A stretch of 64,000 nucleotides of DNA, taken from IMG/VR virus record IMGVR_UViG_3300042869_000717, positions 14,208 through 78,207 of that record; one strand, given 5' to 3'. The DNA is from a virus (Duplodnaviria; Heunggongvirae; Uroviricota; Caudoviricetes). Shown piece by piece: positions 1 to 9,419 of the stretch. Positions within the stretch are counted from its first letter, which is position 1, and every line of letters starts with the position of its first letter. The position numbers and the translations under genes are program-made. The notes below the pieces were generated by a model that made no database searches, had not been told where the DNA came from, and saw only the letters and a list, made by a program, of their open reading frames with translations.

Positions 1-2
1 CA

Positions 3-233
3 ATGTTGAAGGATGAATATCCTCAGATTAAAGATATTGTAGTAGAACCATCTGACCTTGGTGATTTTATTGTATATCGGGTAGGTATTGGTATGAAACA
101 TAACGATTTACTAAATCTTAATAAAACTGACGAAAACATATTAAAAGATAAAATTAAGAATTTATCAAAATATGTTTTAGGTAAAAATGAATGGTTAGAA
201 AACACTTTTTTTTACGACCCCCAACAATATTAA
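3..233 (+). CDS. hypothetical protein (possibly 5'-partial; ORF begins at window edge)
   Basis: ORF track; followed by strong hairpin+T-run terminator at 246-278. Confidence 0.4.
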   Translation: MLKDEYPQIKDIVVEPSDLGDFIVYRVGIGMKHNDLLNLNKTDENILKDKIKNLSKYVLGKNEWLENTFFYDPQQY

Positions 234-245
234 TAAAAAAATATT

Positions 246-278
246 CATCCCACCCATTGCCGGTGGGATTTTTTTTTC
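246..278 (+). terminator. rho-independent terminator (ATCCCACC-CATTGC-CGGTGGGAT + T9)
   Basis: perfect 8-bp GC-rich stem followed by TTTTTTTTT. Confidence 0.8.
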
Positions 279-286
279 TATCTTTG
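279..286 (+). promoter_or_regulatory. Bacteroidetes-type -7 box TATCTTTG upstream of 291
   Basis: TAnnTTTG motif 5 nt before ATG region; recurring architecture in window. Confidence 0.45.
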
Positions 287-290
287 TCCC

Positions 291-533
291 ATGAATATAG
301 ATTTAATAGAAAAATATTTGGAAGATAAGTATGGTAGTTTATCTCTAACTAAGAAACGAAATGATTATATCCTTAATGATTTATTTGATTATAATATATT
401 GGAAAAAGAATTAAGATGGTATATTGATGTTGAGTCGGATTTATTTGCTTGGTTTGGCCCTGGTAATTATTATCGGGTCATACATGATTGGTTTATCAAA
501 AGATTCGGTAAAGAAATTGGATATGACAAATAA
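291..533 (+). CDS. hypothetical protein
   Basis: ORF track 80 aa; promoter-like box upstream. Confidence 0.5.
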   Translation: MNIDLIEKYLEDKYGSLSLTKKRNDYILNDLFDYNILEKELRWYIDVESDLFAWFGPGNYYRVIHDWFIKRFGKEIGYDK

Positions 534-828
534 AGAATTATTTTTAACCTTTTTTGAAGTGGAGAGTGCCACCATTATTGGTATTAAATACCGAAACATC
601 GATAAAATTCAGTTAATATTGAACCCCACGGAGAGGAACAAATTTATGGATAAATTACCCATCAGACTTTTAATAGATAGAGAATATGGTTATTATTCTC
701 GTGTTATGGGTACCTCCGATAAAATGTTTAACCTATTTACTTATTTGGGACTCAATACAAAAGAGATTATTAGTATTTGTCGTGAGATTCATGAAGATAT
801 GGGAAGTAGAGAATTAATTGTACCTTAA
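523..828 (+). CDS. hypothetical protein (track ORF 424..828; likely start ATG 523 overlapping upstream stop)
   Basis: MTNKELF start overlaps stop of 291..533 (ATGACAAATAA); upstream part of ORF overlaps previous gene. Confidence 0.5.
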   Translation: MTNKELFLTFFEVESATIIGIKYRNIDKIQLILNPTERNKFMDKLPIRLLIDREYGYYSRVMGTSDKMFNLFTYLGLNTKEIISICREIHEDMGSRELIVP

Positions 829-971
829 TGGTATTTATTGTCAAATACTAATCATGTCAAAATCAAGAAAACCCGGGAAACCAAAAAAGAACAGAGCAAA
901 CACTCTAAAAGATTTAAAAAGAATGAATAAGAACAATGAAATTCTTAGTCGTTTAAAAAAAGAACTTTAAT

Positions 972-1006
972 AAAAAAACCTTATCATAATTGATAGGGTT
1001 TTTTTA
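972..1006. terminator. bidirectional hairpin terminator (AACCTTATCA-TAAT-TGATAGGGTT flanked by A7/T7)
   Basis: stem-loop with A-run upstream and T-run downstream between convergent genes. Confidence 0.7.
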
Positions 1007-1330
1007 ATTGTATTCGTAAAAATTCTCACCATCGGTTGTAAATCTAAGACCGAGTCGGAGATTTGGTAAATCATAATATTTTAAAAGGTTATAACATTCC
1101 TCAACTATTTCCTCTTCAATATCTTGTTCGGTTCCGTCCATTAAAAATTCAATTTGAACTTTATCTCCGTTAATGTCTTTTCGATGTTTTAATTCGTATT
1201 CAACAACATCTTCAAATTTGGGAAGTATGAAGTTATCTAATAATTTACGCACGATTTTTAATTCTTGTTCCATAATAATAAATACCACATTATTTCCTAT
1301 TTTTTTTTGTAAATAATAATTCAATTCCAT
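1004..1330 (-). CDS. hypothetical protein
   Basis: ORF track 108 aa. Confidence 0.5.
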   Translation of the reverse strand: MELNYYLQKKIGNNVVFIIMEQELKIVRKLLDNFILPKFEDVVEYELKHRKDINGDKVQIEFLMDGTEQDIEEEIVEECYNLLKYYDLPNLRLGLRFTTDGENFYEYN

Positions 1331-1353
1331 ATCTTTGTGAAAAATAAATAATA

Positions 1354-1743
1354 ATGGGATTAACTGAAGACCAACAAAAAGGGTTAGATATGATGGTTAA
1401 AATTTTAAGTAAAGAATACCCTTATATTATCGGAGCGTCTCCTAATATTGGAGATTTTGAAGAATATTCAACATTATTTACAATTAAATTGATAATGAGT
1501 AAGTTAAAACTTGAAAAATGTTTTAAACAAAAAGTAGATAATAATTGGAATGAATTTTGGAGACTTGGTAATTTATTTTATCCCAACCCGGACCCCGAAG
1601 ATTTACTTGTTGAAGAGATAAGAAGTTTAGGGAAAATGTTTTATGATGTAATAACTGATGAATATCAATTTAATAGCACGTTAACCAAAGGAGAGTTTAG
1701 ACAAGTAAAAATAAATTCATTCATATTAGATGACAAAAATTGA
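1354..1743 (+). CDS. hypothetical protein
   Basis: ORF track 129 aa. Confidence 0.5.
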   Translation: MGLTEDQQKGLDMMVKILSKEYPYIIGASPNIGDFEEYSTLFTIKLIMSKLKLEKCFKQKVDNNWNEFWRLGNLFYPNPDPEDLLVEEIRSLGKMFYDVITDEYQFNSTLTKGEFRQVKINSFILDDKN

Positions 1744-1993
1744 AAAAGAAATTGTAAAAATGATTGAGGATAAATATGGTTATCCCTACATGACATACGA
1801 TAAGGCGGAGCAAACTTGGACTAATAATTATTTTCTGTTTGATATTAAGACAGAAACAATTTATAGTTCGGATAAAGTTAAACTTGAATTAGGGAAACGG
1901 TTCGGCGCAAAATTTATTGAGAATAATTATTTCAATCTTATTTCAAAATGGTTTAAGATTAGTAACAAATATAATGTAAAGGAAGTTATTTAA
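1730..1993 (+). CDS. hypothetical protein
   Basis: ORF track 87 aa; overlaps upstream stop by 14 nt. Confidence 0.45.
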   Translation: MTKIEKEIVKMIEDKYGYPYMTYDKAEQTWTNNYFLFDIKTETIYSSDKVKLELGKRFGAKFIENNYFNLISKWFKISNKYNVKEVI

Positions 1994-2013
1994 TTTCTTG
2001 GTATTTATAACAT

Positions 2014-3429
2014 ATGGAATTAAATAAAATCATAAAGAAAGTATTAAGGGAGGCTGTTGGCATTCCTGAAGGGATTGTTGAAACTGCTGAATTGGTTTAC
2101 GGTCAATTAATGAGTGAACTTAAGTCTCTCAATTCGATAAGTGAAGACGATGAGAAACTTCATTTTCGTTTAAATGGTGATTATCAAATATCAGATTACA
2201 AATTTAAAAAAATCGATTTAACCTTAGAAATTATACGAACAGACCAAGTAGATAAAGGAACGCTTGTGGGAATGTCGTTTAACTTTAAATCGAGATTGGA
2301 TAATAATACCTTTAAAGTAATTCACCAACCAACTAAAAAGAAAATTGAATTATCAGTATCAGTTGCTATTCCGGAAGATGGGGATTTAAATTCCGTGGTT
2401 CAGGAACTCGAAAACGAAAAAGAAATGTCTATTAGTTCTCTTAGTCATGAGTTAATGCACTCTTATGATAAATTTAAAAAACCGATATCAAATCCATCAC
2501 AAAGAGCTGATTATGAAGCTTATAAAAATATTAGATTTGGTATTGACCCAATTGACGACTTTTTACATAATTTATATTTTATTCATTCAATTGAGAATAT
2601 TGTGAGACCAAGTGAAATTGCTGCGGATTTAAAATCAGGTAGTATTAACAAAGAAGGATTTTTAGTGTTTTTAAAAAATAATCGAGTTTATAAAAAATTA
2701 AAAGAGATTAATAGTTTTACATATGAGGGACTCAAAAAAGAATTACTAAATCATGTGAATATAATTCGAGAGAGATTAGAACAAAGTGGAATAGATATTA
2801 TTCCGGAGGATAATGAAGAATTAGTTAACACTGTTTTAGATTTACTTAGGATTAATTTGGTAAATGGTAAAGGAACCGTATTAAAACAAGATTTGACCAC
2901 TAATTTTTTTGAGGAGATGATGGGATTTTCAGGTAAAAAAGAAGAAGTATTTAGAAATTACGTTAAAAAAATTCAAAAATATGATAATACTGATGACTTC
3001 TTTAGAAACGAAGAAAAAATGTTTAAACGAACATCATATGATTTAATAAAAAAAATTCATAAACTATACTCTATTTTGGATAAGAACAAAGAAACAAATG
3101 AATCAATAATTAATTGGGATTTATATCATAAAATAAAAAATACACCAATTGTAATTGAGAGTGAACTTAACACCGATGACGATGGGAGAAAAGTTAAATT
3201 AATTCAAAAATATTTAGATAATGTATTAGTTCCGGGAAATAAACTTATTTGTAAAGCACAAGTTGTTCGACTTGTAAATAACGATGAATACTTAATTAGA
3301 ATTTGGGTTAATCAAAATGAACCTCACACTCAAGATGATTCAGATGATTTAGTTGATGATACATGGGATGAGATTTATAATATGTTCGAAGTCTCGACAG
3401 CAATCCACAGAGTAAAATCAGAATGTTAA
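2014..3429 (+). CDS. hypothetical protein with HExxH (SHELMHS) motif, possible zinc metallopeptidase
   Basis: 471-aa ORF; HELMH motif; TATTTATA motif just upstream; terminator after. Confidence 0.55.
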   Translation: MELNKIIKKVLREAVGIPEGIVETAELVYGQLMSELKSLNSISEDDEKLHFRLNGDYQISDYKFKKIDLTLEIIRTDQVDKGTLVGMSFNFKSRLDNNTFKVIHQPTKKKIELSVSVAIPEDGDLNSVVQELENEKEMSISSLSHELMHSYDKFKKPISNPSQRADYEAYKNIRFGIDPIDDFLHNLYFIHSIENIVRPSEIAADLKSGSINKEGFLVFLKNNRVYKKLKEINSFTYEGLKKELLNHVNIIRERLEQSGIDIIPEDNEELVNTVLDLLRINLVNGKGTVLKQDLTTNFFEEMMGFSGKKEEVFRNYVKKIQKYDNTDDFFRNEEKMFKRTSYDLIKKIHKLYSILDKNKETNESIINWDLYHKIKNTPIVIESELNTDDDGRKVKLIQKYLDNVLVPGNKLICKAQVVRLVNNDEYLIRIWVNQNEPHTQDDSDDLVDDTWDEIYNMFEVSTAIHRVKSEC

Positions 3430-3466
3430 AAAAAAATATAACCCTTCACCTCGAAGGGTTTTTTAT
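3428..3466 (+). terminator. rho-independent terminator (CCCTTC-ACCTC-GAAGGG + T6)
   Basis: stem-loop + T-run after 2014..3429. Confidence 0.75.
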
Positions 3467-3504
3467 TTGAAAAATATTTTATATCTTTACCCAAAAGATA
3501 ATTC

Positions 3505-3948
3505 ATGGAAAACTCACATATTGTAGAATGGGATTTAAGAGGGTGGATGGGAGTTGAGGAACCAACACCGTACGCACAACGAGAGTGGAATAAGACTCTC
3601 CTTAGTAAAATAATGTTGATATCAAATAAAATACATCAATCATCAAGACGAGGTGGTGCTGATACAATAATTCTTCATCCCGACCTTGAGATATTATTAC
3701 ATCCTGATTCTTATGATGACCATAGAAAAAAACTTATTAGTAATATTGATGTTATCTTGGACCCGACGATGGAAAAAGACCGAATCGAAATAAACAATAG
3801 AAAGTCATTAGAAGATTTAAGATTTATTCCATTCACAAATGACGATGAAAATACAATCGAATTCAAACCCCTTATTTCCTGCACGAACGAAGAAATTGTA
3901 AAATACATTGAAGGTCTTGTTGGATTTGTAATGATTGAAAACATTTAA
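3505..3948 (+). CDS. hypothetical protein
   Basis: ORF track 147 aa. Confidence 0.5.
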   Translation: MENSHIVEWDLRGWMGVEEPTPYAQREWNKTLLSKIMLISNKIHQSSRRGGADTIILHPDLEILLHPDSYDDHRKKLISNIDVILDPTMEKDRIEINNRKSLEDLRFIPFTNDDENTIEFKPLISCTNEEIVKYIEGLVGFVMIENI

Positions 3949-3950
3949 AT

Positions 3951-4247
3951 ATGAATAAGTGGGAACAATTTGAATATATTTTAAAATGTCTTGTACCGTC
4001 ATATAAACAAAGGTCAAGATTATCTTTAACCGTAGAAAGTAATAATTTTGCGTATTCACAATATATTCGGGACAACAAATGTATTTGGAGACTTGAAATT
4101 AGTAGGGGTAGTGAATTTTTTGAGGATATAAAAACAATTTCAGATTTTTGTGGGATATATTGGGAATATATGACATATACGATGGAACATGAACTTATTT
4201 TAGAATTGACAGAAAATAGAGAAGAAATAACACCAATTTTTTGGTAA
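3951..4247 (+). CDS. hypothetical protein
   Basis: ORF track 98 aa. Confidence 0.45.
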   Translation: MNKWEQFEYILKCLVPSYKQRSRLSLTVESNNFAYSQYIRDNKCIWRLEISRGSEFFEDIKTISDFCGIYWEYMTYTMEHELILELTENREEITPIFW

Positions 4248-4273
4248 ATTAATAATAACAAAAAAAAATAAAT

Positions 4274-4456
4274 ATGAGAGAAGAAAATTTCGCAGAATTG
4301 GTTGAAGAGTTATCAAATTATTATAATACTTCAATGTATGACGATTATCTACGTAGAGCGTTAGGGGTTATAATGGAATCTAATCTTTGTTCTGAGATTG
4401 AATTACCGAAAGAAAAAAAATCAGAAAAACCAAAATTTAATCAAACCAAAAAATAA
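4274..4456 (+). CDS. hypothetical small protein
   Basis: 60-aa ORF followed by terminator 4455-4479. Confidence 0.4.
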   Translation: MREENFAELVEELSNYYNTSMYDDYLRRALGVIMESNLCSEIELPKEKKSEKPKFNQTKK

Positions 4457-4479
4457 CCCTCACGAATGAGGGTTTTTTC
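4455..4479 (+). terminator. rho-independent terminator (ACCCTCA-CGAA-TGAGGGT + T6)
   Basis: hairpin + T-run. Confidence 0.75.
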
Positions 4480-4500
4480 ATTATAAATCTATTTATAAAT

Positions 4501-4887
4501 ATGAAATATGTAATAACAGAATCTCAATTCAAAAGATTGACGGAAGATAAAGATAATGATTTTGAATCTTATCTAACAAAACGATTCCCAAAGATTAACG
4601 ATTTAAAAATGGAAAGAAGTAATAATGTAGTTTCAGGTCCACATCGTAGATATATTAATCCGGAAAATAATGAACTTTATTTTAGAGTTGTTTTTAAAAC
4701 AGTACCAAGTTGGGAATCGGGTGTTGGTGCTTCTGACTCAGATGAGTTTATTCGTCTATATGTATCCCCAAAAATATACGCATATATTAAAAAATACGGG
4801 ATGAATTTTGAATATGATTTAATGGGGTGGTTTAACAGAACTTATAATGAAAATGTAAATTCTGTTCTTAAAAAGGTGATGGAATAA
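4501..4887 (+). CDS. MKYIITESQ-leader family protein (paralog 1)
   Basis: N-terminus MKYVITESQFKRL; tandem paralog of 4890..5273 (shared ...YKFFNP.N..F.VV...E.IRLYV...WFN.TY... motifs). Confidence 0.65.
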   Translation: MKYVITESQFKRLTEDKDNDFESYLTKRFPKINDLKMERSNNVVSGPHRRYINPENNELYFRVVFKTVPSWESGVGASDSDEFIRLYVSPKIYAYIKKYGMNFEYDLMGWFNRTYNENVNSVLKKVME

Positions 4888-4889
4888 AT

Positions 4890-5273
4890 ATGAAATATAT
4901 TATAACAGAATCTCAATATGGTAAATTAATTGAACAACGAAAAAATTTGGTTCAAACCTTCATGGAGACAAAATTCCCTGAAATGGGTAGACTAAGAAAA
5001 AGACAAACTAGAAATATGACTTTAGGCCACGGATATAAATTTTTCAACCCAAAAACTAATGATGTGTTATTCCATGTTGTTAGTGGTGGTCCGGTTTATC
5101 ATGTGAAAGGTGGTGAAACAAAACCTCTTTACGAAGGTATTAGATTATATGTCAATTCAAGTTTATATGAGTCATTAGAAAATTATATAGGGAATTTTAA
5201 AGAAGAATTACTACAATGGTTTAATGAAACTTATAAACAACAAACTAATAGAGTTATGAGAGGAATTCGATAA
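4890..5273 (+). CDS. MKYIITESQ-leader family protein (paralog 2)
   Basis: N-terminus MKYIITESQYGKL; clear paralog of 4501..4887. Confidence 0.65.
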   Translation: MKYIITESQYGKLIEQRKNLVQTFMETKFPEMGRLRKRQTRNMTLGHGYKFFNPKTNDVLFHVVSGGPVYHVKGGETKPLYEGIRLYVNSSLYESLENYIGNFKEELLQWFNETYKQQTNRVMRGIR

Positions 5274-5313
5274 TCAACCATTCATTATTCTATAAGAATG
5301 TTTATAATTACAT

Positions 5314-5475
5314 ATGAAAGATACTGTAGGAACAATTTTAGTAGAAGTAGACAAGATTATATTAAAACCTTTTGAGGGTGAAGAAGAAATTTGGGAAGAA
5401 TCCAAATCTTTGATAAACACCATTGGAACCAAATTTATCTTATTTGAAGGTAAAAAGTATTATCCTGAAAAATAA
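5314..5475 (+). CDS. hypothetical small protein (53 aa, not in ORF track)
   Basis: ATG 5314, TAA 5473; ends immediately before terminator 5478-5503. Confidence 0.3.
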   Translation: MKDTVGTILVEVDKIILKPFEGEEEIWEESKSLINTIGTKFILFEGKKYYPEK

Positions 5476-5477
5476 TA

Positions 5478-5503
5478 GAACCCACCGACAGGTGGGTTTT
5501 TTG
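5478..5503 (+). terminator. rho-independent terminator (AACCCACC-GACA-GGTGGGTT + T6)
   Basis: hairpin + T-run; lies inside the N-terminal extension of track ORF 5423..6094, arguing for start at 5525. Confidence 0.75.
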
Positions 5504-5524
5504 TTCATCATCATATTTATTATT

Positions 5525-6094
5525 ATGAAATATATTATTACAGAAAAACAAAATAAGTTGTTAATGGAAGTTAGAGTTCCAAGAGAAGAACGAATTGAGT
5601 TATATAGAAATGAGGACGTTGTGGTCGTTATCCCATTAACACATCGAGCGTTACGTAAATACGCCACATATTGTCAATGGTGTATTATTAGAGATGTCCA
5701 TGAGTGGGAACAACATCATCAGGGAACATCTATGGTGATTGTTCAAAGACACCCAATACCAATTAAAAAAGGTATTACAGGTAATCCAACTTTTTATGAA
5801 ATATATTCATTACATAGATTAAGAAACGAATACGATGATTTGGAATATGTTAATGATGTTTTGAATTATAATTTTGAATCTGATGAGATTGCTTTGGAGT
5901 ATTACGAGGAATTAATTAATGATATAAATAATTTTGGTTTGAACTCCGTATATTACGGGAATGATAACGACATTTATGATTCAGGTGATAACTACTTACG
6001 AAGTTTTGGGTACGATATTAGTAATGTTCCCAATATGACACCCAAAATTATTAAAATAATGGATGATTATTTAGAATATAATACATTAAAATAA
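5525..6094 (+). CDS. MKYIITE-leader family protein
   Basis: N-terminus MKYIITEKQNKLL; track ORF 5423..6094 trimmed to conserved Met downstream of terminator. Confidence 0.6.
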   Translation: MKYIITEKQNKLLMEVRVPREERIELYRNEDVVVVIPLTHRALRKYATYCQWCIIRDVHEWEQHHQGTSMVIVQRHPIPIKKGITGNPTFYEIYSLHRLRNEYDDLEYVNDVLNYNFESDEIALEYYEELINDINNFGLNSVYYGNDNDIYDSGDNYLRSFGYDISNVPNMTPKIIKIMDDYLEYNTLK

Positions 6095-6101
6095 TACGTT
6101 T

Positions 6102-6419
6102 ATGACAAGAGAAGAAGTAAACCAATCACTCAAAATGTTTGAGAAATTTCTACAATCCGATAAAGGTCTCGAGATTGCTCATCGATATTCAGACGATATT
6201 TGGTTTAAGTTAGATGATATCCAAACAATTACCGGTGCCGGTGAAAGTTTATACGCAGGAGGGAAATATAATATTTTCATTAAAATTGGTCATCCGTTTA
6301 ATTCCACTGTAATGGTGAGTTGGAAAAACCAACCAAAGAAACAAGATATTGAAAAAGATTTAGAACAATATCTTCCATATTTTGGATTTACCTCTCAAGT
6401 GGGGATAGCAATAATGTAA
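6102..6419 (+). CDS. hypothetical protein
   Basis: ORF track 105 aa. Confidence 0.5.
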   Translation: MTREEVNQSLKMFEKFLQSDKGLEIAHRYSDDIWFKLDDIQTITGAGESLYAGGKYNIFIKIGHPFNSTVMVSWKNQPKKQDIEKDLEQYLPYFGFTSQVGIAIM

Positions 6420-7006
6420 TGATGAAAGAACAAATTAGGAACATACTAAAAAACTATTTAAATGAAATAGTGACCTCAATACCAATTTCAAACCCAAAAT
6501 CGTCACAATGTAAGAAATTCTACGATAGGCTTAAACGTGAATTCCCAAAAACTCCTGAATATATTTTAAGAGAATTTACTACAAATATTTTATGTGGTAA
6601 TAAAGAAGTATTTCACGATGTAATGAATCAATTTTTTGGTGACCCAATACCATTTCTTGGAAAAATGTTATATAATTACCTGAAAGGTCCATGGAAACTA
6701 CAAATAATTCAAGTAAATCCCGAAGATTTTACCGAAAATACGATAAATGCTTTTATTGAAAGAGAATTTGGGAATGTTGATGCCTATATGGTTCCTAATG
6801 ATAAGGAAAGAATGGATATTCAACGAGAATTAGCCTCTTCAACAGGTAAAAATGAACCAATTATCGTAATTAAACATAAAAATGGTAAATATGAATTAGT
6901 TGAAGGTTGGCATAGAACTATGTCATCATTAAAACTTGGTGATAACGGTGAAGACCTCAAAAATTGGGATAAAGTTAAGATTAGGGCTTTTGTTTCAGAG
7001 AAATAA
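6419..7006 (+). CDS. hypothetical protein
   Basis: ORF track 195 aa, ATGA overlap with upstream gene. Confidence 0.55.
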   Translation: MMKEQIRNILKNYLNEIVTSIPISNPKSSQCKKFYDRLKREFPKTPEYILREFTTNILCGNKEVFHDVMNQFFGDPIPFLGKMLYNYLKGPWKLQIIQVNPEDFTENTINAFIEREFGNVDAYMVPNDKERMDIQRELASSTGKNEPIIVIKHKNGKYELVEGWHRTMSSLKLGDNGEDLKNWDKVKIRAFVSEK

Positions 7007-7354
7007 TTCCTCAATATTCTGTTTTCCTTCTAAATTTAATGAATGTACCCTAATTTCGGGTAATTTTACCTCTTTATTCTCACAATAATTAATTAACCAT
7101 TGAGCAGCATCATAACCGGTGTTACCATTTAACATTTTATAGTCAATATTTGATTGATTTTCAGTTAAATAGTGGTTTTGAGATAAGTCATGGTCAAAGG
7201 ACACTAGTTTCGGGATACCAAATCGTTGAATAAGGTTAATAAACTGATAAAAATCCCTTACAACTACCCAAGTATCATTTTCCTCATAAATGGGGTCAAT
7301 TGTGTTCTTAAATACATCATAAGGGGTTCTATTGTCGTCTAAAAATAATTTCAT
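6995..7354 (-). CDS. small receiver-like/CPR-like domain protein (tentative)
   Basis: 119 aa with LDDNR ... SFDHDL ... G(Y/F)D motifs reminiscent of receiver-like domains found beside RNA-repair kinases; immediately downstream of P-loop kinase gene. Confidence 0.45.
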   Translation of the reverse strand: MKLFLDDNRTPYDVFKNTIDPIYEENDTWVVVRDFYQFINLIQRFGIPKLVSFDHDLSQNHYLTENQSNIDYKMLNGNTGYDAAQWLINYCENKEVKLPEIRVHSLNLEGKQNIEELFL

Positions 7355-7371
7355 ACTACAAAAGTATGGAA

Positions 7372-7800
7372 TTAAAGTGAAATTTCAAAACGATTCTTCA
7401 TTATTTCCAATTTATCTTCAGGAACTCCGTGTTCATTGACTCCCCCGTGTCTATTTTCAACAACTAAAGAGTAAACTCTATATCCGAAGTATTCCGCCAT
7501 CTCATTATATTCCGTCATTTCCCACTCTTGGGTGAATGTATTGGAAATAACAATTCTTTCCGTGTCGTGAGCCATCTCATATCTTACATTAATTTTACAC
7601 CACTCGTGGGCGTGTTTAATGTTGGATGGAACAAACTCATATACACCAGTCTCCGGATTAATAAAAAACATATCGGCTTCGTAATGAACTCCACCTAGTG
7701 ATTCTGCTAATGTTGTTTTACCACTTCCTGGTATTACGGGAGCCCCCTTAAAAGGAATAGTTCCTTCAGGGGGCTCACTTTTTTAACTAAATTATCCATA
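7372..7800 (-). CDS. P-loop NTPase, polynucleotide-kinase-like (AAA_33-type) protein
   Basis: track ORF 7372..7671 extends in frame upstream to ATG at 7798-7800 (MDNLVKKSEPPEGTIPFKGAPVIPGSGKTTLAESL...): Walker A GSGKTT; C-terminal HGVPEDKLEIMKNRFE resembles Pnk kinase C-terminus. Confidence 0.6.
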
Positions 7801-7899
7801 TTTTATGTTTTTTTTTTATTTTTTAGTGTATTTATATTAAGAGGTTCCCCTTAATTAGGGGACAAATATAATAATTAATTTTAATTAAAAAAAATAATA

Positions 7900-8805
7900 A
7901 TGTCAAATCTCACAAGAAAATGCCCTATTTGTGGTGTAACAATAAGTTACACTAACAAATACAATATGATAAAAGCGGATAACAAAAATAGTAATTGTAA
8001 AAGTTGTGGGTTAAAATTAACTATAACCGAAGATAGGAGAGAACGTATGAAACAACGAGTTCTTGGCGACAATAACCCTATGTTTGGAAAATTTGGTGAG
8101 TTAAATCCATTTTTTAATAAAAAACATACTGAAGACACCAAACAAAAAATGAGAGAAAAAAAAGATTTTTCAGTATATAAAACAGAAGAATTTAGGGAAA
8201 AAATGAGAATTTTATCATTAAGTAATGTCACTATGTTTGGGGACTCTACTTATTATTATTATTGGGTTGATAAATATGGAGTTGAAGTTGCGGAAGAAAA
8301 AATGAAAAAATTAAAAATAAAACAATCTAAAAATACTTCAGGAGAGAATAACCCTATGTTTGGAAAATCTGTCTATGATGTTTGGGTTGAAAAATATGGA
8401 ACCGAAATTGCTAATGTTAAATTAGAACAATTAAAAATAAAACAATCTAAAAATAGTTCGGGAGAGAATAACCCAATGTTTGGAAAACCAAGTCCTGTTG
8501 GTTCCGGTAATGGTTGGTCAGGATGGTATAATAATTGGTTTTTTAGAAGTATTAAAGAATTATCATACATGATTAATGTTATTGAAAAAAATAACATTGA
8601 GTGGATTAATGCAGAATCTAATATGTATCAGATAAATTATACTGATTATAAAGGTAATAACAGAACTTATACCGCTGATTTTATATTAAAAAACAAATAT
8701 TTAATAGAAATTAAGCCAAAAAAACTTTGGTATAGTGATTCGGTGGTTAGAAAAAAATATCGGCAATTAAATTTTGTGATGAAAATAATCTTACATACAA
8801 ATTAA
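7900..8805 (+). CDS. putative homing endonuclease: N-terminal CxxC zinc ribbon, four NUMOD3-like NPMFGK repeats, C-terminal PD-(D/E)xK-like motif (DF..LIEIK)
   Basis: NPMFGK x4 (NUMOD3 hallmark of GIY-YIG/HNH homing endonucleases); CPICG...CKSCG; internal ~120-bp DNA tandem duplication. Confidence 0.6.
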   Translation: MSNLTRKCPICGVTISYTNKYNMIKADNKNSNCKSCGLKLTITEDRRERMKQRVLGDNNPMFGKFGELNPFFNKKHTEDTKQKMREKKDFSVYKTEEFREKMRILSLSNVTMFGDSTYYYYWVDKYGVEVAEEKMKKLKIKQSKNTSGENNPMFGKSVYDVWVEKYGTEIANVKLEQLKIKQSKNSSGENNPMFGKPSPVGSGNGWSGWYNNWFFRSIKELSYMINVIEKNNIEWINAESNMYQINYTDYKGNNRTYTADFILKNKYLIEIKPKKLWYSDSVVRKKYRQLNFVMKIILHTN

Positions 8806-8970
8806 GAGATACACCTAATTTATCGTCTAAAAAATTAAAAGAATTGTATGAAACAAAACAAATTATTTTTACAAAAAGATATGAAGAAAAATTTGTTGAA
8901 AAATATTTAAAAAATAATGTTGATTGATTAAGTATTTATAAAATAAGTCGCCAAAATAATATTTTTTACG

Positions 8971-8978
8971 TATCTTTG
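8971..8978 (+). promoter_or_regulatory. -7 box TATCTTTG upstream of 8997
   Basis: TAnnTTTG motif 19 nt before ATG. Confidence 0.45.
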
Positions 8979-8996
8979 TCCAATAATTAATTTTTT

Positions 8997-9419
8997 ATGA
9001 TAAATAAAACTCAATTAGAATACGTAAGTGAATTTTTGGATGGTGTTACCGTTGTGGTTGTATTTGAAGACGACCCACTATATGAACAAGTTAAAGACTA
9101 TTTTAATGAGTATGGTTTTGGGTTTATGGTTCCGGGTAGTAATTTAATTATAATTGATGGAGAAATATTAGTTGGGCTGCCAGATGCCAAAGACATTTTA
9201 AAATTTATTGAAGCTCATGAGGTCACTCATGTATTATTAGGTCATGATGGACCAAGAAATGAACAAGATGAGATAGAAGCTGATTTGGGTGCCTATATTT
9301 TATTACAAGATAAAGGATATGATAAACCAATTGAATTACTTGTAAATAATTTCAAGGAAAGACATGGTATTGAGTTTAATAAAAAAATGACTGACAATAT
9401 TAAAGTCAGATTAGAATGA
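8997..9419 (+). CDS. HExxH motif protein, ImmA/IrrE-like putative zinc peptidase
   Basis: HEVTHVLLGH motif, 140 aa. Confidence 0.45.
   Translation: MINKTQLEYVSEFLDGVTVVVVFEDDPLYEQVKDYFNEYGFGFMVPGSNLIIIDGEILVGLPDAKDILKFIEAHEVTHVLLGHDGPRNEQDEIEADLGAYILLQDKGYDKPIELLVNNFKERHGIEFNKKMTDNIKVRLE

Noticed and set aside
23-4261. Antisense ORFs 23..205(-), 3711..3944(-), 3817..4059(-), 3872..4261(-)
   Set aside because: Embedded antisense in better-supported plus-strand genes; low-complexity Ile/Leu/Phe-rich translations typical of AT-rich antisense frames
5423-5524. N-terminal extension of ORF 5423..6094
   Set aside because: Extension runs through the terminator hairpin 5478-5503 and overlaps small ORF 5314..5475; conserved family start MKYIITE is at 5525
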